DNA of 63,740 nt, the filler included, from Anaerolineae bacterium (GTDB taxonomy: Bacteria; Chloroflexota; Anaerolineae; Epilineales; Epilineaceae): assembly GCA_029262755.1 (NCBI GenBank). It is 4 parts of 4 records of this genome, joined end to end, with 100 filler letters (N's around TTAATTAATTAA, not from the genome) between each part and the next. Parts side by side here need not be neighbours in the genome. Positions count along the whole stretch, not along the records: positions 1 to 29,090 come from JAJCYU010000378.1; 3 more parts are not named here. The stretch is one strand, 5' to 3'. The first letter of the stretch is position 1. Each line of letters opens with the position of its first letter. A program made the position numbers and the translations under genes. The notes below the pieces were generated by a model. That model was not told the DNA's origin, did not search any database, and worked only from the letters and a program-made list of their open reading frames with translations. This document shows, one piece after another, positions 1 through 8,788 of this stretch.

Positions 1-356
1 GCGCGCTCAAAGCCCAACGTGAACAACGACGAACCCAACAGGACCGTGGCTCGCGCAATCGGCCGGACGCCCGCGGCCCAGAACAGGCACGCGAATCCGG
101 CTAGGACGAGCGTCAGCCACATCGGCAGCATCAACAGCAGCCCCAGCGGTGCGAATGCTGCCATCAGGCGGTCGCGGGAGGCGTAGTCGTCCAGGCGGCG
201 CAGCCGAAGACCGAAGAGCGCTCGCAGCGCGACGAAGAGCAGGCGCGCCGGACGATCCGCGACGGCCCGCGGCACGACGAGCGTCCGGACGGCCGAGCGC
301 AGCGCACCGCCCACGATCGCGATGCCGAGGATGGCCGCGAGCGTCGTCGTCACCAT
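1..356 (-). CDS. Partial (3' end outside window) membrane protein, potassium-channel-like family
   Basis: Manual translation from ATG at 356: MVTTTLAAILGIAIVGGALRSAVRTLVVPR...RDRLMAAFAPLGLLLMLPMWLTLVLAGFACLFWAAG...GSSLFTLGFER; TM helices plus a pore-loop-like 'SLFTLGF'. Not in the ORF track because it runs off the window. Confidence 0.65.
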   Translation of the reverse strand, partial: MVTTTLAAILGIAIVGGALRSAVRTLVVPRAVADRPARLLFVALRALFGLRLRRLDDYASRDRLMAAFAPLGLLLMLPMWLTLVLAGFACLFWAAGVRPIARATVLLGSSLFTLGFER

Positions 357-381
357 CGCGTGTTGCGAAGGCGCGTCCTGC

Positions 382-2226
382 TCAACGCAGGTTCTGCCCC
401 CGGCTCAGATGCGGCAGCCGGATCTGGTGTGACAGCCGCACCCATTGCAGTCGGGTCCCGTTCGCGCCGACGGCCCAGGCATGATCTTCTCCGAAGAAGT
501 CCAAGTCCGTGATGCGCGCACTCGTGCGCGTCGGCGCGGGAAGCCACCGTTCACCGTCCAGACGGAACATGACGCCCGCCGCCCCGACCAGCCATGCCTC
601 ACCCTCGCGCGGAATCGCCACCGCGAACAAGTTTTCGCGTGTGGGGCTCTGCACGTTGACCCACCGACCCTGGAACAACTGCACGATCTCGCCGTTGTTG
701 CCGACCGCCCAGCCGTCCCCGCCACGGACGGTGACCGCGTTGAGATCGCCGCGCGCGGTCGTGTCGGCAGGGCTCCAAGTTCCCTCTTTCCATTCCAAGA
801 ACGAGCCTTGCGCACCCACCGCCCAGCCATGGTCGGGCGCATCCATGGCGACGCCGTTGAGCGACTCGAGCGTGCCGCTCGTGTGCTCGCTCCACGCATC
901 ACCGTCCCAGCCGATAATCGTTCCGCCGTCGCCCACCGCCAATGCGTTCGAAGCGTCCACGATGCTCACCGCACGCAGGTCCCGTGTTGTCGGACGGCCT
1001 TGTCGGGCCCAGGCTACGTCGCCGCCCGCAGCCTCGCGCTGCAAGACGACCCCACCCTCGCCGACGGCGAAGCCCGTGCCGTCGGATGCGATGGTCGCGC
1101 CGTGAATCGTGGCCGTGGTCGCGCTTTCCGACTTGCGCCAGCCATCGTCCGTGAAGCGCAGCGTGATGCCGCTTTGCCCCATGGCCCAGCTCTCGCCGCC
1201 CGGCCCAACCGCAGTCGCGAACAGGTTGATCCCGTCCGGCGCGAAGAGGCTTTCCCATGACCCGCCGCGCAAGCGCAGCAGCGCACCGCCGGGGCCGATG
1301 GCCGTGGCGTTGCCTCCGCCGGTAAGCCCAAGATCGGTCACCGTCACGGACACCCCTTCCGGCTGCTCCATCTCCTCCCAGCCGCGCCCATCGTTGTGCA
1401 AGATCACACCGGCCTCACCCACCGCCCAGGCTTCGGTTTCGGTCGCGACGACCGCCGTCAACCCTTCGCCGGTGGGACTGTCGGACTCCACCCACCGATC
1501 GCCCGCGAGCTCGAGTATCGTGCCTTGACCGCCCACGGCCCAACCACGATTCGCGCCCACGAGCACCAGGTCGGTCAGCGCACGGCTGGTCGGGCTTGGG
1601 ATCTCGTGCCACGTCCCTTCGCGCAGCTCCTGAATCGCGCCGCGCTCGCCGACCGCCCACCCATGTTCCGGGGAGGAGAGCTCGACGGCCGCCATGTCCC
1701 GGTCACTGCGCCGCTCGACCACGTTCCAGTCGGTGCCGTCCCAGCGCAAGCTCCGCTGGCCACGGGTCAGCACCCATCCCGTGTCGGGTCCGGAAAAGCC
1801 CACCGCGGTCGGGAAATGGTCGTCGCCCTGATAGACGCTGCGCCATCGCGCGCCGTCATAGCGCAGAATGACGCCCCCCGTCTGGTCATTGCCGACCGCC
1901 CAGCCGTCCGTATCCCCGACCATCTCGATGTCGAGCAGATTGCGTGGCGTCAGAACGGCGGCCGCCTCGACGCGTTCCCCCGTCACAGAGGCCATGGCTC
2001 CCGCAGGCCCAACGGCCCACAAGACGCCACGCGACGTTGTGTCCGCGCGGCGAAGCTCAAGCGAGCCGCAATGAAAGCCCATCGAGGAGTCACAGGTCCA
2101 GACTCCGTTCAGTCGCGGCATGGCGCCATCGCCCTGCGCAGTTGCGGTCTGCGGCGGGTAGGGCTGTAGCCCAAGGAATACGGTCAAAGCCACCAATACT
2201 GCCGCTTGCAGAGGGCGATGGGACAT
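382..2226 (-). CDS. Secreted beta-propeller repeat protein (YCF48/BNR-like) with C-terminal IRLP motif
   Basis: Signal peptide; about 12 repeats of 'GWAVGxxGxILxxDGxxW'; GGAG SD before ATG 2226 and TACAAT upstream; ends QIRLPHLSRGQNLR. Confidence 0.85.
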   Translation of the reverse strand: MSHRPLQAAVLVALTVFLGLQPYPPQTATAQGDGAMPRLNGVWTCDSSMGFHCGSLELRRADTTSRGVLWAVGPAGAMASVTGERVEAAAVLTPRNLLDIEMVGDTDGWAVGNDQTGGVILRYDGARWRSVYQGDDHFPTAVGFSGPDTGWVLTRGQRSLRWDGTDWNVVERRSDRDMAAVELSSPEHGWAVGERGAIQELREGTWHEIPSPTSRALTDLVLVGANRGWAVGGQGTILELAGDRWVESDSPTGEGLTAVVATETEAWAVGEAGVILHNDGRGWEEMEQPEGVSVTVTDLGLTGGGNATAIGPGGALLRLRGGSWESLFAPDGINLFATAVGPGGESWAMGQSGITLRFTDDGWRKSESATTATIHGATIASDGTGFAVGEGGVVLQREAAGGDVAWARQGRPTTRDLRAVSIVDASNALAVGDGGTIIGWDGDAWSEHTSGTLESLNGVAMDAPDHGWAVGAQGSFLEWKEGTWSPADTTARGDLNAVTVRGGDGWAVGNNGEIVQLFQGRWVNVQSPTRENLFAVAIPREGEAWLVGAAGVMFRLDGERWLPAPTRTSARITDLDFFGEDHAWAVGANGTRLQWVRLSHQIRLPHLSRGQNLR

Positions 2227-2323
2227 GGTGATATCTCCAGGGTGCGCGGGGGCGGCCATTGTACCGAGGCGGCGGGTACAGAGGAAGGATGAACGGCCCT
2301 AGGTTGGGCCGATCTACGGGCCC

Positions 2324-3526
2324 CTACGTCAGCGACGCGTAGCCCCCGAGCAGCTCCACCACCATCCCGTGAAGGTAGTCGCCTTCGCTGAAGGACTCGC
2401 GGACAGGGTGGTCGGGCGCTGCGCGCAGCCACTCGTGCACCTCGATGCGTCGGCCGATGTCGCCGGCGGCGCGACGCACCGCGCGGCCGAGATCACCGGC
2501 GCTGACGTGGCTGGAGCAGCTGAAGGTCCACAGGTGCCCGCCCTTGCGCAAGCGGCGTAACGCCAGCGCGTTGAGCTCGCGGTACTGGGCCAACGCGCGG
2601 CCCTTCGCCTTTCGGGAGGGCGCCATGCTCGGGGGGTCGAGGACGATGACGTCCCATGGCCCGCGGTTGCGCTCCAGCCAGGGACCCACGTCTGCCGTCA
2701 AGAACGCGTAGCCGTCGTCGCCCGGCGAGAGGCCGTTGTGACCGAAGTTGCGACGGGCGGCCTTGAGCGCGGGTGAGGAGATATCGACGCTCGTGACCTC
2801 GTGGGCCCCGCCCAACGCGGCGGCGACGGAGAACCCACCCGTGTAGCTGAAGCAATTGAGCACGCGCAGACCGGAGCAATGGTCGACCAGGCTGCGGCGA
2901 TTCTCGCGTTGATCGAGATACAGGCCGCTCTTGTGTCCGCGCGCCACATCGACCTCGAAGCGCAGCCCGTGCTCGCGCACGATCATCGGCTCCTCCGGGG
3001 GCCCTCCGGCCATCACGCGCAGGCGCGCCGGCCCACCGCCGCGCACGCGGTCCTTGACGATGATGCGGGCCAAATCCGGCACGACCTCCAGCAGCGCCGC
3101 GGAAACGAGCGGCACGAGGCGTCCGGCGGCGGCCGAGTCCAACAAGATCACCGCGGTATCGCCGTAGCGGTCCGCGACGACGGCGGGCATCTGATCGCCT
3201 TCGCCGTTGATGAGGCGGTAGCAGTCGGTATCGCGAATATCGACCACGTTCTGCCGCAGTTGCCATGCTTCGGAGACCCGGTGTGTGATCAACGCTTGAT
3301 CCACGTCGCGCTCCGGGTCGAGCGTCCACACGCGCACGGCAAGCGGCGAATCGGCATCGTAGAGGCCCCGCGCGACAAAGCGTCCGTCTGCATCGACCAG
3401 GTCCACGACGGAGCCGCTCGTCAGGCCATCCGGCAGATCGAGCGCGTCGCGGAACGCCCACGGATGACCGCCGCGCAGGTGCTCCCCGATCGGCTTGACG
3501 AGCGGGACGGTTGGGTTGGAAGCCAT
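2324..3526 (-). CDS. rlmI: RlmI-like class I SAM-dependent rRNA methyltransferase (PUA domain)
   Basis: GHPW N-terminus, 'RLINGEGDQMPAVVADRYG', 'GHKSGLYLDQRENR', 'VLNCFSYTGGFS', 'VLDPP', 'FSCS', 'PDHP'. Confidence 0.88.
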   Translation of the reverse strand: MASNPTVPLVKPIGEHLRGGHPWAFRDALDLPDGLTSGSVVDLVDADGRFVARGLYDADSPLAVRVWTLDPERDVDQALITHRVSEAWQLRQNVVDIRDTDCYRLINGEGDQMPAVVADRYGDTAVILLDSAAAGRLVPLVSAALLEVVPDLARIIVKDRVRGGGPARLRVMAGGPPEEPMIVREHGLRFEVDVARGHKSGLYLDQRENRRSLVDHCSGLRVLNCFSYTGGFSVAAALGGAHEVTSVDISSPALKAARRNFGHNGLSPGDDGYAFLTADVGPWLERNRGPWDVIVLDPPSMAPSRKAKGRALAQYRELNALALRRLRKGGHLWTFSCSSHVSAGDLGRAVRRAAGDIGRRIEVHEWLRAAPDHPVRESFSEGDYLHGMVVELLGGYASLT

Positions 3527-3776
3527 GGCGCATTCTCCTCACGTGGGCAGGCGATTCTAGGAGGCCGGGCCCCTTGGCGGCAACCGCGAGCGTGGCCCGC
3601 GTCACTCGCGCAAACCCACGATCCCATGCTACGCTCCTGTCCATGGATCCGGCGAGCATCCCCAACGGGGTGCGGATCGCCACTCCTCCCCGGAGTGGTA
3701 GAAGGCAAAGCTCGCCCTCAGCGACGCGGCTGGGGGCTTTGTGTTGTCGCGTTGCACTTGCCCAGGAGGCGAGACG

Positions 3777-5168
3777 ATGACCAGCGAGCATGCCCAACGA
3801 AGCACGCAGCACGCATCCCCATCCGGTGAAGACGAACCGGCCTGGCTCACCGAGACCCCGCACGCCGCCGTATGCGGACTGCAATGGGGGGACGAGGGCA
3901 AGGGCAAGATCGTAGACCGGCTGGCGGGCCACTTTGACGTCGTGGCGCGCTACAACGGCGGCGCGAACGCCGGCCACTCCGTGGTCGTCGACGGCGTGCG
4001 CCATGCGCTCCACCTCGTGCCCTGCGGGATCTTGCACGCGGGTAGCCTCAACGTGATCGGCAATGGCTGCGTCGTGGATGCCGACACGCTGCTAGCCGAA
4101 ATCGAGGGTCTGGAGGCCGGCGGCATCGACGTGGCATCTCGGCTCCGGCTCTCGGACCGAGCGCACCTGGTCCTCCCCCATCACAAGCTCGCCGACGGCC
4201 TGCACGAAGCCGCGGCGGCGCGCAGCGCCGGTGACGCCCGCAAGATCGGCACGACCGGACGCGGCATCGGGCCGGCCTATGCTGACAAAGCACTGCGCGG
4301 ACCCGCGATCCGCGTGAGCGACGTCTTGGACCCGGCGACGCTCCCTGCCAAGGTGCGCCACAGCGCGGCGGTGGCCAATGCCACGCTGAGCGGGCTCGCC
4401 GCCTATGCGGAATCGCCCTGGAACGACGTCGATGGCGAAGCCTTGCTGGACCGATGCTCGGCCTGGGGCCGCGCGTTGGCGCCCTACGCCACGGATACCG
4501 TGGACCTTCTGGACGACGCGCGGTCCGGGGGCAGGCGCATCCTCTTCGAGGGCGCCAACGCCACGCTGCTCGACGTGGATCACGGTACGTACCCCTTCGT
4601 GACCTCCAGCGCGACGACCGCGCTCGGCATCCACACCGGCGCGGGCGTTCCGGCCTCCGCCCTCGCGCAAGGCGAGATCGTCGGCGTCGTGAAGGCCTAC
4701 GCGACCCGCGTGGGCGCCGGCCCGATGCCCACCGAACTCGAAGACGAGACCAGCGCGCGGATGCGCCGTCGTGGCAACGAGTTCGGAACGACCACCGGGC
4801 GGCCCCGACGTTGCGGTTGGCTCGATTTGGTCGCGGTTCGCTATGCCGCACGCCTCGTCGGCGCGACGCGCCTCTCGGTCATGCTCTTGGATGTCCTGGC
4901 CGGTTTCGATGAGCTACAGGTTTGCGTCGGATACGAGCTGGACGGCCGGGTGCTCTCCCGTCCACCCGCTTCGGCCGCGAGCCTTGCCCGCCTCAAACCG
5001 GTGTACGAATCGCATCCCGGCTTCGCCGAAGAGATCGTGGACGCTCGCTCCGTGACGCAATTGCCCGCCGCGGCACGGGCCTACCTCGCGCGGATCGAGG
5101 AATTCACCGGCGTCCCGGTTTCGGTGGTCAGCGTCGGGCCGGATCGAGAGCAGACGATCTGGCGCTAG
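3777..5168 (+). CDS. purA: Adenylosuccinate synthetase
   Basis: 'GLQWGDEGKGK', 'GGANAGH', 'IGTTGRGIGPAYADK', 'EFGTTTGRPRRCGWLD', 'SVGPDREQT'; AGGAGG SD before ATG 3777. Confidence 0.97.
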   Translation: MTSEHAQRSTQHASPSGEDEPAWLTETPHAAVCGLQWGDEGKGKIVDRLAGHFDVVARYNGGANAGHSVVVDGVRHALHLVPCGILHAGSLNVIGNGCVVDADTLLAEIEGLEAGGIDVASRLRLSDRAHLVLPHHKLADGLHEAAAARSAGDARKIGTTGRGIGPAYADKALRGPAIRVSDVLDPATLPAKVRHSAAVANATLSGLAAYAESPWNDVDGEALLDRCSAWGRALAPYATDTVDLLDDARSGGRRILFEGANATLLDVDHGTYPFVTSSATTALGIHTGAGVPASALAQGEIVGVVKAYATRVGAGPMPTELEDETSARMRRRGNEFGTTTGRPRRCGWLDLVAVRYAARLVGATRLSVMLLDVLAGFDELQVCVGYELDGRVLSRPPASAASLARLKPVYESHPGFAEEIVDARSVTQLPAAARAYLARIEEFTGVPVSVVSVGPDREQTIWR

Positions 5169-5331
5169 TAGTCCAACCAGCCTGAATCTACGGGTTCGGG
5201 AGCCACTGCATCCACGCCAGCGGCCCGCCGCTCGTCGGCAATAGCGATGCTATTCCCTCCTCTCTGCGAACCACCGGCGCGGCGCATTGGCTCCCCTACT
5301 TCCCGCATCTCCAAGCTGGTTGGACTGCTAG
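5165..5331. mobile_element. Palindromic MITE/REPIN-like element, copy A (159 bp between two CTAG)
   Basis: CTAG-TAGTCCAACCAGC...GCTGGTTGGACTG-CTAG (12/13 terminal inverted repeat); nested stems GGGAGCCA/TGGCTCCC; 81-bp core homologous to 57857-57937. Confidence 0.7.
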
Positions 5332-5497
5332 TAGTCCAGCCGTCCCGGCGCACTCCCTCGCGATTCATGTAGCGGGACGCAACCCAAAGCCCGTCTCGAT
5401 CCATCGCCTCCCATTTCCTGCCGTGCCATCCCTGCCCGTGGTACCATGGCGAGCCGCCCGACGATCCGCGTCGGGCGGCTCCATGGGGGAGGCACGC

Positions 5498-6097
5498 GTG
5501 CGCTCGATCAACATCGCCAATAAGGTGACGCTCGGCCGTCTCGCGCTGACCATAGTCCTACTGACGGTCTTGTCGTTGGTGCATACCGGCGTGTGGCCAC
5601 TGGGTGCGTCGGGCGCCCCAGCCTGGATCGCGCTCGGCCTGTTCGTATTCGCCGGAGCCAGCGATTGGCTTGACGGCTACCTTGCCCGCAGCCTCGACAT
5701 CGTCACGCCCTTCGGTCGCATCGCGGACCCCTTCGTGGACAAGATGCTCGTCACGGGCTGCCTTGTGCTCCTGACCAGTATGGAGCCCACGAGCGCGATC
5801 CTCCGCCCGTGGATGGTGGTGGTCATCGTGTCTCGCGAATTCCTGGTCAACGGCATCCGCGGCTGGATGGAGAGCGAGGGCGTGAACTTCCAAGCGGCCA
5901 AGCCGGGCAAGTACAAATTCGTGCTCCAAGTCGCTTCGATCTCCGGCCTTTTGACGATGCTCGCCCTCTCCGAGCCACCTGCTTGGCTCGGCACGCTCAA
6001 CCTCGGTCTCGTATGGGCGATGCTCGCGCTCACCTTGTATTCCGGTGCGTTCTACGTACGCAAGGCGGCCAACAGCGCGGCCGACACCAGCCTATGA
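5498..6097 (+). CDS. pgsA: CDP-diacylglycerol--glycerol-3-phosphate 3-phosphatidyltransferase (CDP-alcohol phosphotransferase)
   Basis: 'NIANKVTLGR', 'SDWLDGYLAR...FGRIADPFVDK', 'SREFLVNGIR'; GGGGAGG SD before GTG 5498; adjacent to pgpA. Confidence 0.9.
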   Translation: MRSINIANKVTLGRLALTIVLLTVLSLVHTGVWPLGASGAPAWIALGLFVFAGASDWLDGYLARSLDIVTPFGRIADPFVDKMLVTGCLVLLTSMEPTSAILRPWMVVVIVSREFLVNGIRGWMESEGVNFQAAKPGKYKFVLQVASISGLLTMLALSEPPAWLGTLNLGLVWAMLALTLYSGAFYVRKAANSAADTSL

Positions 6098-6176
6098 AGG
6101 GGCACAATTCCAACCTTGTGATTGCGTTGTGCGATCGATGTGCGTTGCCGACTGATTGCCGGAACGAGAACCCGCG

Positions 6177-6650
6177 ATGATGCGTCGTGTCGCTTGGGTG
6201 CTCGGCACGTGGTTCGGCACCGGTCGCTCGCCGCTAGCACCGGGAACGGTCGGATCTGCGGGCGCCTTGCTGGTCCTGATGCTGCTCCCGGATCGTGGCT
6301 ACGCGCCGATCACGTTCAGCCTTTTCCTGGCCGCGACGCTCATCGGACCACGGTTGGCCGACATGCTCATGGCGGAGACGGACTCGAAGGACCCTGGCTT
6401 CTTCGTGTTCGACGAATGCGCCGGCATGTGGCTCGCGGCGCTACGTCCTGAGAAGCCATCCATCGCCGTATTCGCCGCTTGCTTCCTGGCGTTTCGCGTC
6501 TTCGACGTCCTTAAGCCCTGGCCGGTGGGTCGCCTCGAGTCCATACCGGGTGGCTGGGGCGTCGTGCTCGACGACGTCGCGGCAGGTGCGCTGGCCCTGG
6601 TCACCACGGTTCTGGGCGCGAGCCTCTTCCTGGCGCTTACGGGTCCGTAG
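6177..6650 (+). CDS. pgpA: Phosphatidylglycerophosphatase A
   Basis: 'FGTGRSPLAPGTVGS', 'KDPGFFVFDECAG', 'FRVFDVLKPWP', 'GGWGVVLDDVAAG'. Confidence 0.93.
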   Translation: MMRRVAWVLGTWFGTGRSPLAPGTVGSAGALLVLMLLPDRGYAPITFSLFLAATLIGPRLADMLMAETDSKDPGFFVFDECAGMWLAALRPEKPSIAVFAACFLAFRVFDVLKPWPVGRLESIPGGWGVVLDDVAAGALALVTTVLGASLFLALTGP

Positions 6651-6676
6651 CGGAACCTGGCCGTAGCGGAACCTGG
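6645..6676. repeat. 16-bp tandem duplication over the pgpA stop codon
   Basis: CCGTAGCGGAACCTGG x2. Confidence 0.7.
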
Positions 6677-7002
6677 CGGTAACGGCCGTGTGTCGAAGCA
6701 ACCGACCAACGGCGAACTTCAAGTCTGCGAGCGGCCCGCCGTCGACGCAATGATGGCGGGTTGCCGACATCGCGCGCTCGCGCGCACCCCAGCTCGCTTC
6801 GTGGCTGTTTTCCGGTCGCCACGGCGCCACGCATGTTCCATCGCGCTCGCCGGAGACAAGGGTTCGAACCGCATTCCATGCCGGTTCCCTCGGTGACGGC
6901 CGTCTGCCGCCCAGAACGACGAAGACCCCAGGAACACCCACCGTACGGGCATTCCTGGGGTCAATGCGTCTTCCGTCCTCGCCATCTCCGGCTATGCCGT
7001 GC

Positions 7003-8577
7003 CTACTGGGCGTCGGCTCCTGCGAAACCGCGCGCCTGATCCAACCACTTCGGGATATCGGCAGCTTGCCAATCCTTCGCCTCGACGGCCTCCTTCACCG
7101 CGTCGGCCTCGAGCTCAGCAAGGGCCGCGAAGTGATAGATGCCCTTCGCGTTGAGGCGACGCTGGAAGACGGGCCCGATGCCCGTGATGCGCGTCAGGTC
7201 GTCCACCGCGCCTTCCGGCGAAGGGGACGCGTCGGCGGTCACCGCGTTCTTCGAGTCGGACGAGCTGACCGTTGCCGCCTTCTTCGCCATGGACGTGTCG
7301 TCAGTCGCTGCCTTCGCTGCCTTCGACGAGCCGGCGGCCGCCGCCTCCGTCGCCTCGTGCGAGCCGGCGGTTGCCGCGCCCTTCGCCTTCGATGAGTCCG
7401 CCGTGCCCGCCGTCGTGGCCTTGGCGGTTGCGTCGCTCGGATCGGAGCTGCTTTCCGCCGCGCTCGACGAGTGCCCCTCATCCTCTGTGGTCGACGCCGG
7501 TTCCGCGGCCGCGGCCGCTTCGCCTGTATCGGCCGAATCCTGCCTTCCGGCACGCGACTTCTTCGCGCTCTTGCCACGGCCGTCCGAGCCGGCACCCTCG
7601 GACGAGGACGAATCCGCGTCCTCCGATCCGTCGCCGCCGGGCGACTCGAGGAGTTGGCTGATCTTGCGGTCGCGCTGCGAGATCTGCTTACGGAGGTCGG
7701 AAATTTGCGTGTCGCGAGAACGCATGTCGCGGTGATAGGCATTGACCAGGCGTTCGTTGGCCATCTTCTCGTCGTCCGGCGCCAACCCTTCCGCAGGCTG
7801 CGCCGGGGTGACGAGTGCGCCCAGATCCGAGCGGGCTTCCAACTCTTGCTCGAGATCCCGGATGCGCCGGTTGCGCTCCAGAAACTTTTGCTCCAGTCGA
7901 TTCACGGCGGCCTTCAGTTCCGTGGCGCGTTGGTTGAGCACGCGGTTGGTCTCGCGGCTTGCTTCCAGATCCGTCTCGAGCGACTTGGCCTTCGCCGCTG
8001 CCTTCTCGCTCTGCTTGGCCGACTTGGCCGCGCGCTCGGCCGTAGCCTCGCTGTCTCCACCACCTGCGTCCGGAGTGCCGGCGTCGTGCGGGCGCGTAGC
8101 CTCGCCGTTCGGTGCCGCTGCCGGCGCCTGCATCGGGGCGGAGCTTCGTGCCGGGCTCTGCCCGTTCGCGTCGTCGCGCGCCTCGGCCGCCCTTGCCTTC
8201 GGCTTTTTCGCCTTGAGCTCGGCCAAAGCATGTTCGCGCTCGTCGACCTCCAGCCGCAGATTGGCGATCATCCGCTCTCGCAAGTCCAACGTCGCGGCCT
8301 GTTCTTCCAGGGCGGCCGCGTGATCGGCCCGCGCTTGCTCGAGTGCGAGCACGGCACGATCGCCGGCCGTCGCGCTATCTCGCAGGCCCTTGATCGTTTC
8401 CTTGCCTTCATGTGCCCGCCTGCGAAACTCAGCGCCTTCCTCTTTCGCTTTCGTCAGGGACTGGTCCAACTTCTCTTCGCGACCGCGACCGGCGGCCAAC
8501 TGACGTGACATAACGATGAACGGCACGATGGCGCCTACCACGGCGCCTACGATCAACCACAACCAGGCGGTAGTCAT
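7003..8577 (-). CDS. Membrane-anchored coiled-coil protein with C-terminal helix-hairpin-helix domain (COG3743/DUF4332-like)
   Basis: N-terminal TM helix, heptad-rich segments, Ala/Ser/Asp disordered regions, C-terminal 'DDLTRITGIGPVFQRRLNAKGIYHFAALAEL'. Confidence 0.75.
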   Translation of the reverse strand: MTTAWLWLIVGAVVGAIVPFIVMSRQLAAGRGREEKLDQSLTKAKEEGAEFRRRAHEGKETIKGLRDSATAGDRAVLALEQARADHAAALEEQAATLDLRERMIANLRLEVDEREHALAELKAKKPKARAAEARDDANGQSPARSSAPMQAPAAAPNGEATRPHDAGTPDAGGGDSEATAERAAKSAKQSEKAAAKAKSLETDLEASRETNRVLNQRATELKAAVNRLEQKFLERNRRIRDLEQELEARSDLGALVTPAQPAEGLAPDDEKMANERLVNAYHRDMRSRDTQISDLRKQISQRDRKISQLLESPGGDGSEDADSSSSEGAGSDGRGKSAKKSRAGRQDSADTGEAAAAAEPASTTEDEGHSSSAAESSSDPSDATAKATTAGTADSSKAKGAATAGSHEATEAAAAGSSKAAKAATDDTSMAKKAATVSSSDSKNAVTADASPSPEGAVDDLTRITGIGPVFQRRLNAKGIYHFAALAELEADAVKEAVEAKDWQAADIPKWLDQARGFAGADAQ

Positions 8578-8788
8578 TGAGGGATTGCTCCTGCTTAGGC
8601 ACGGCAGCACGCCCCTGCGGCGCAGGCGCTTGCCGTGACGGCGTCAGAAAAAACGGGCGCTAGCTCAGCCCGGCTGCTCGATTCACGAAGAGGGAACGCC
8701 GATCCGCTCGGATCGTACGCGGCGCCGAGGATAACCCCGCCCCCCCGGCGCAGTCAATGCACGGACCGTCCCGTAGGCCAGTTCGCCG

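Noticed and set aside
2493..4037. 514-aa minus-strand ORF and many similar Arg/Pro/Ala-rich ORFs in the track
   Set aside because: Overlap well-supported genes; typical spurious frames in high-GC DNA.
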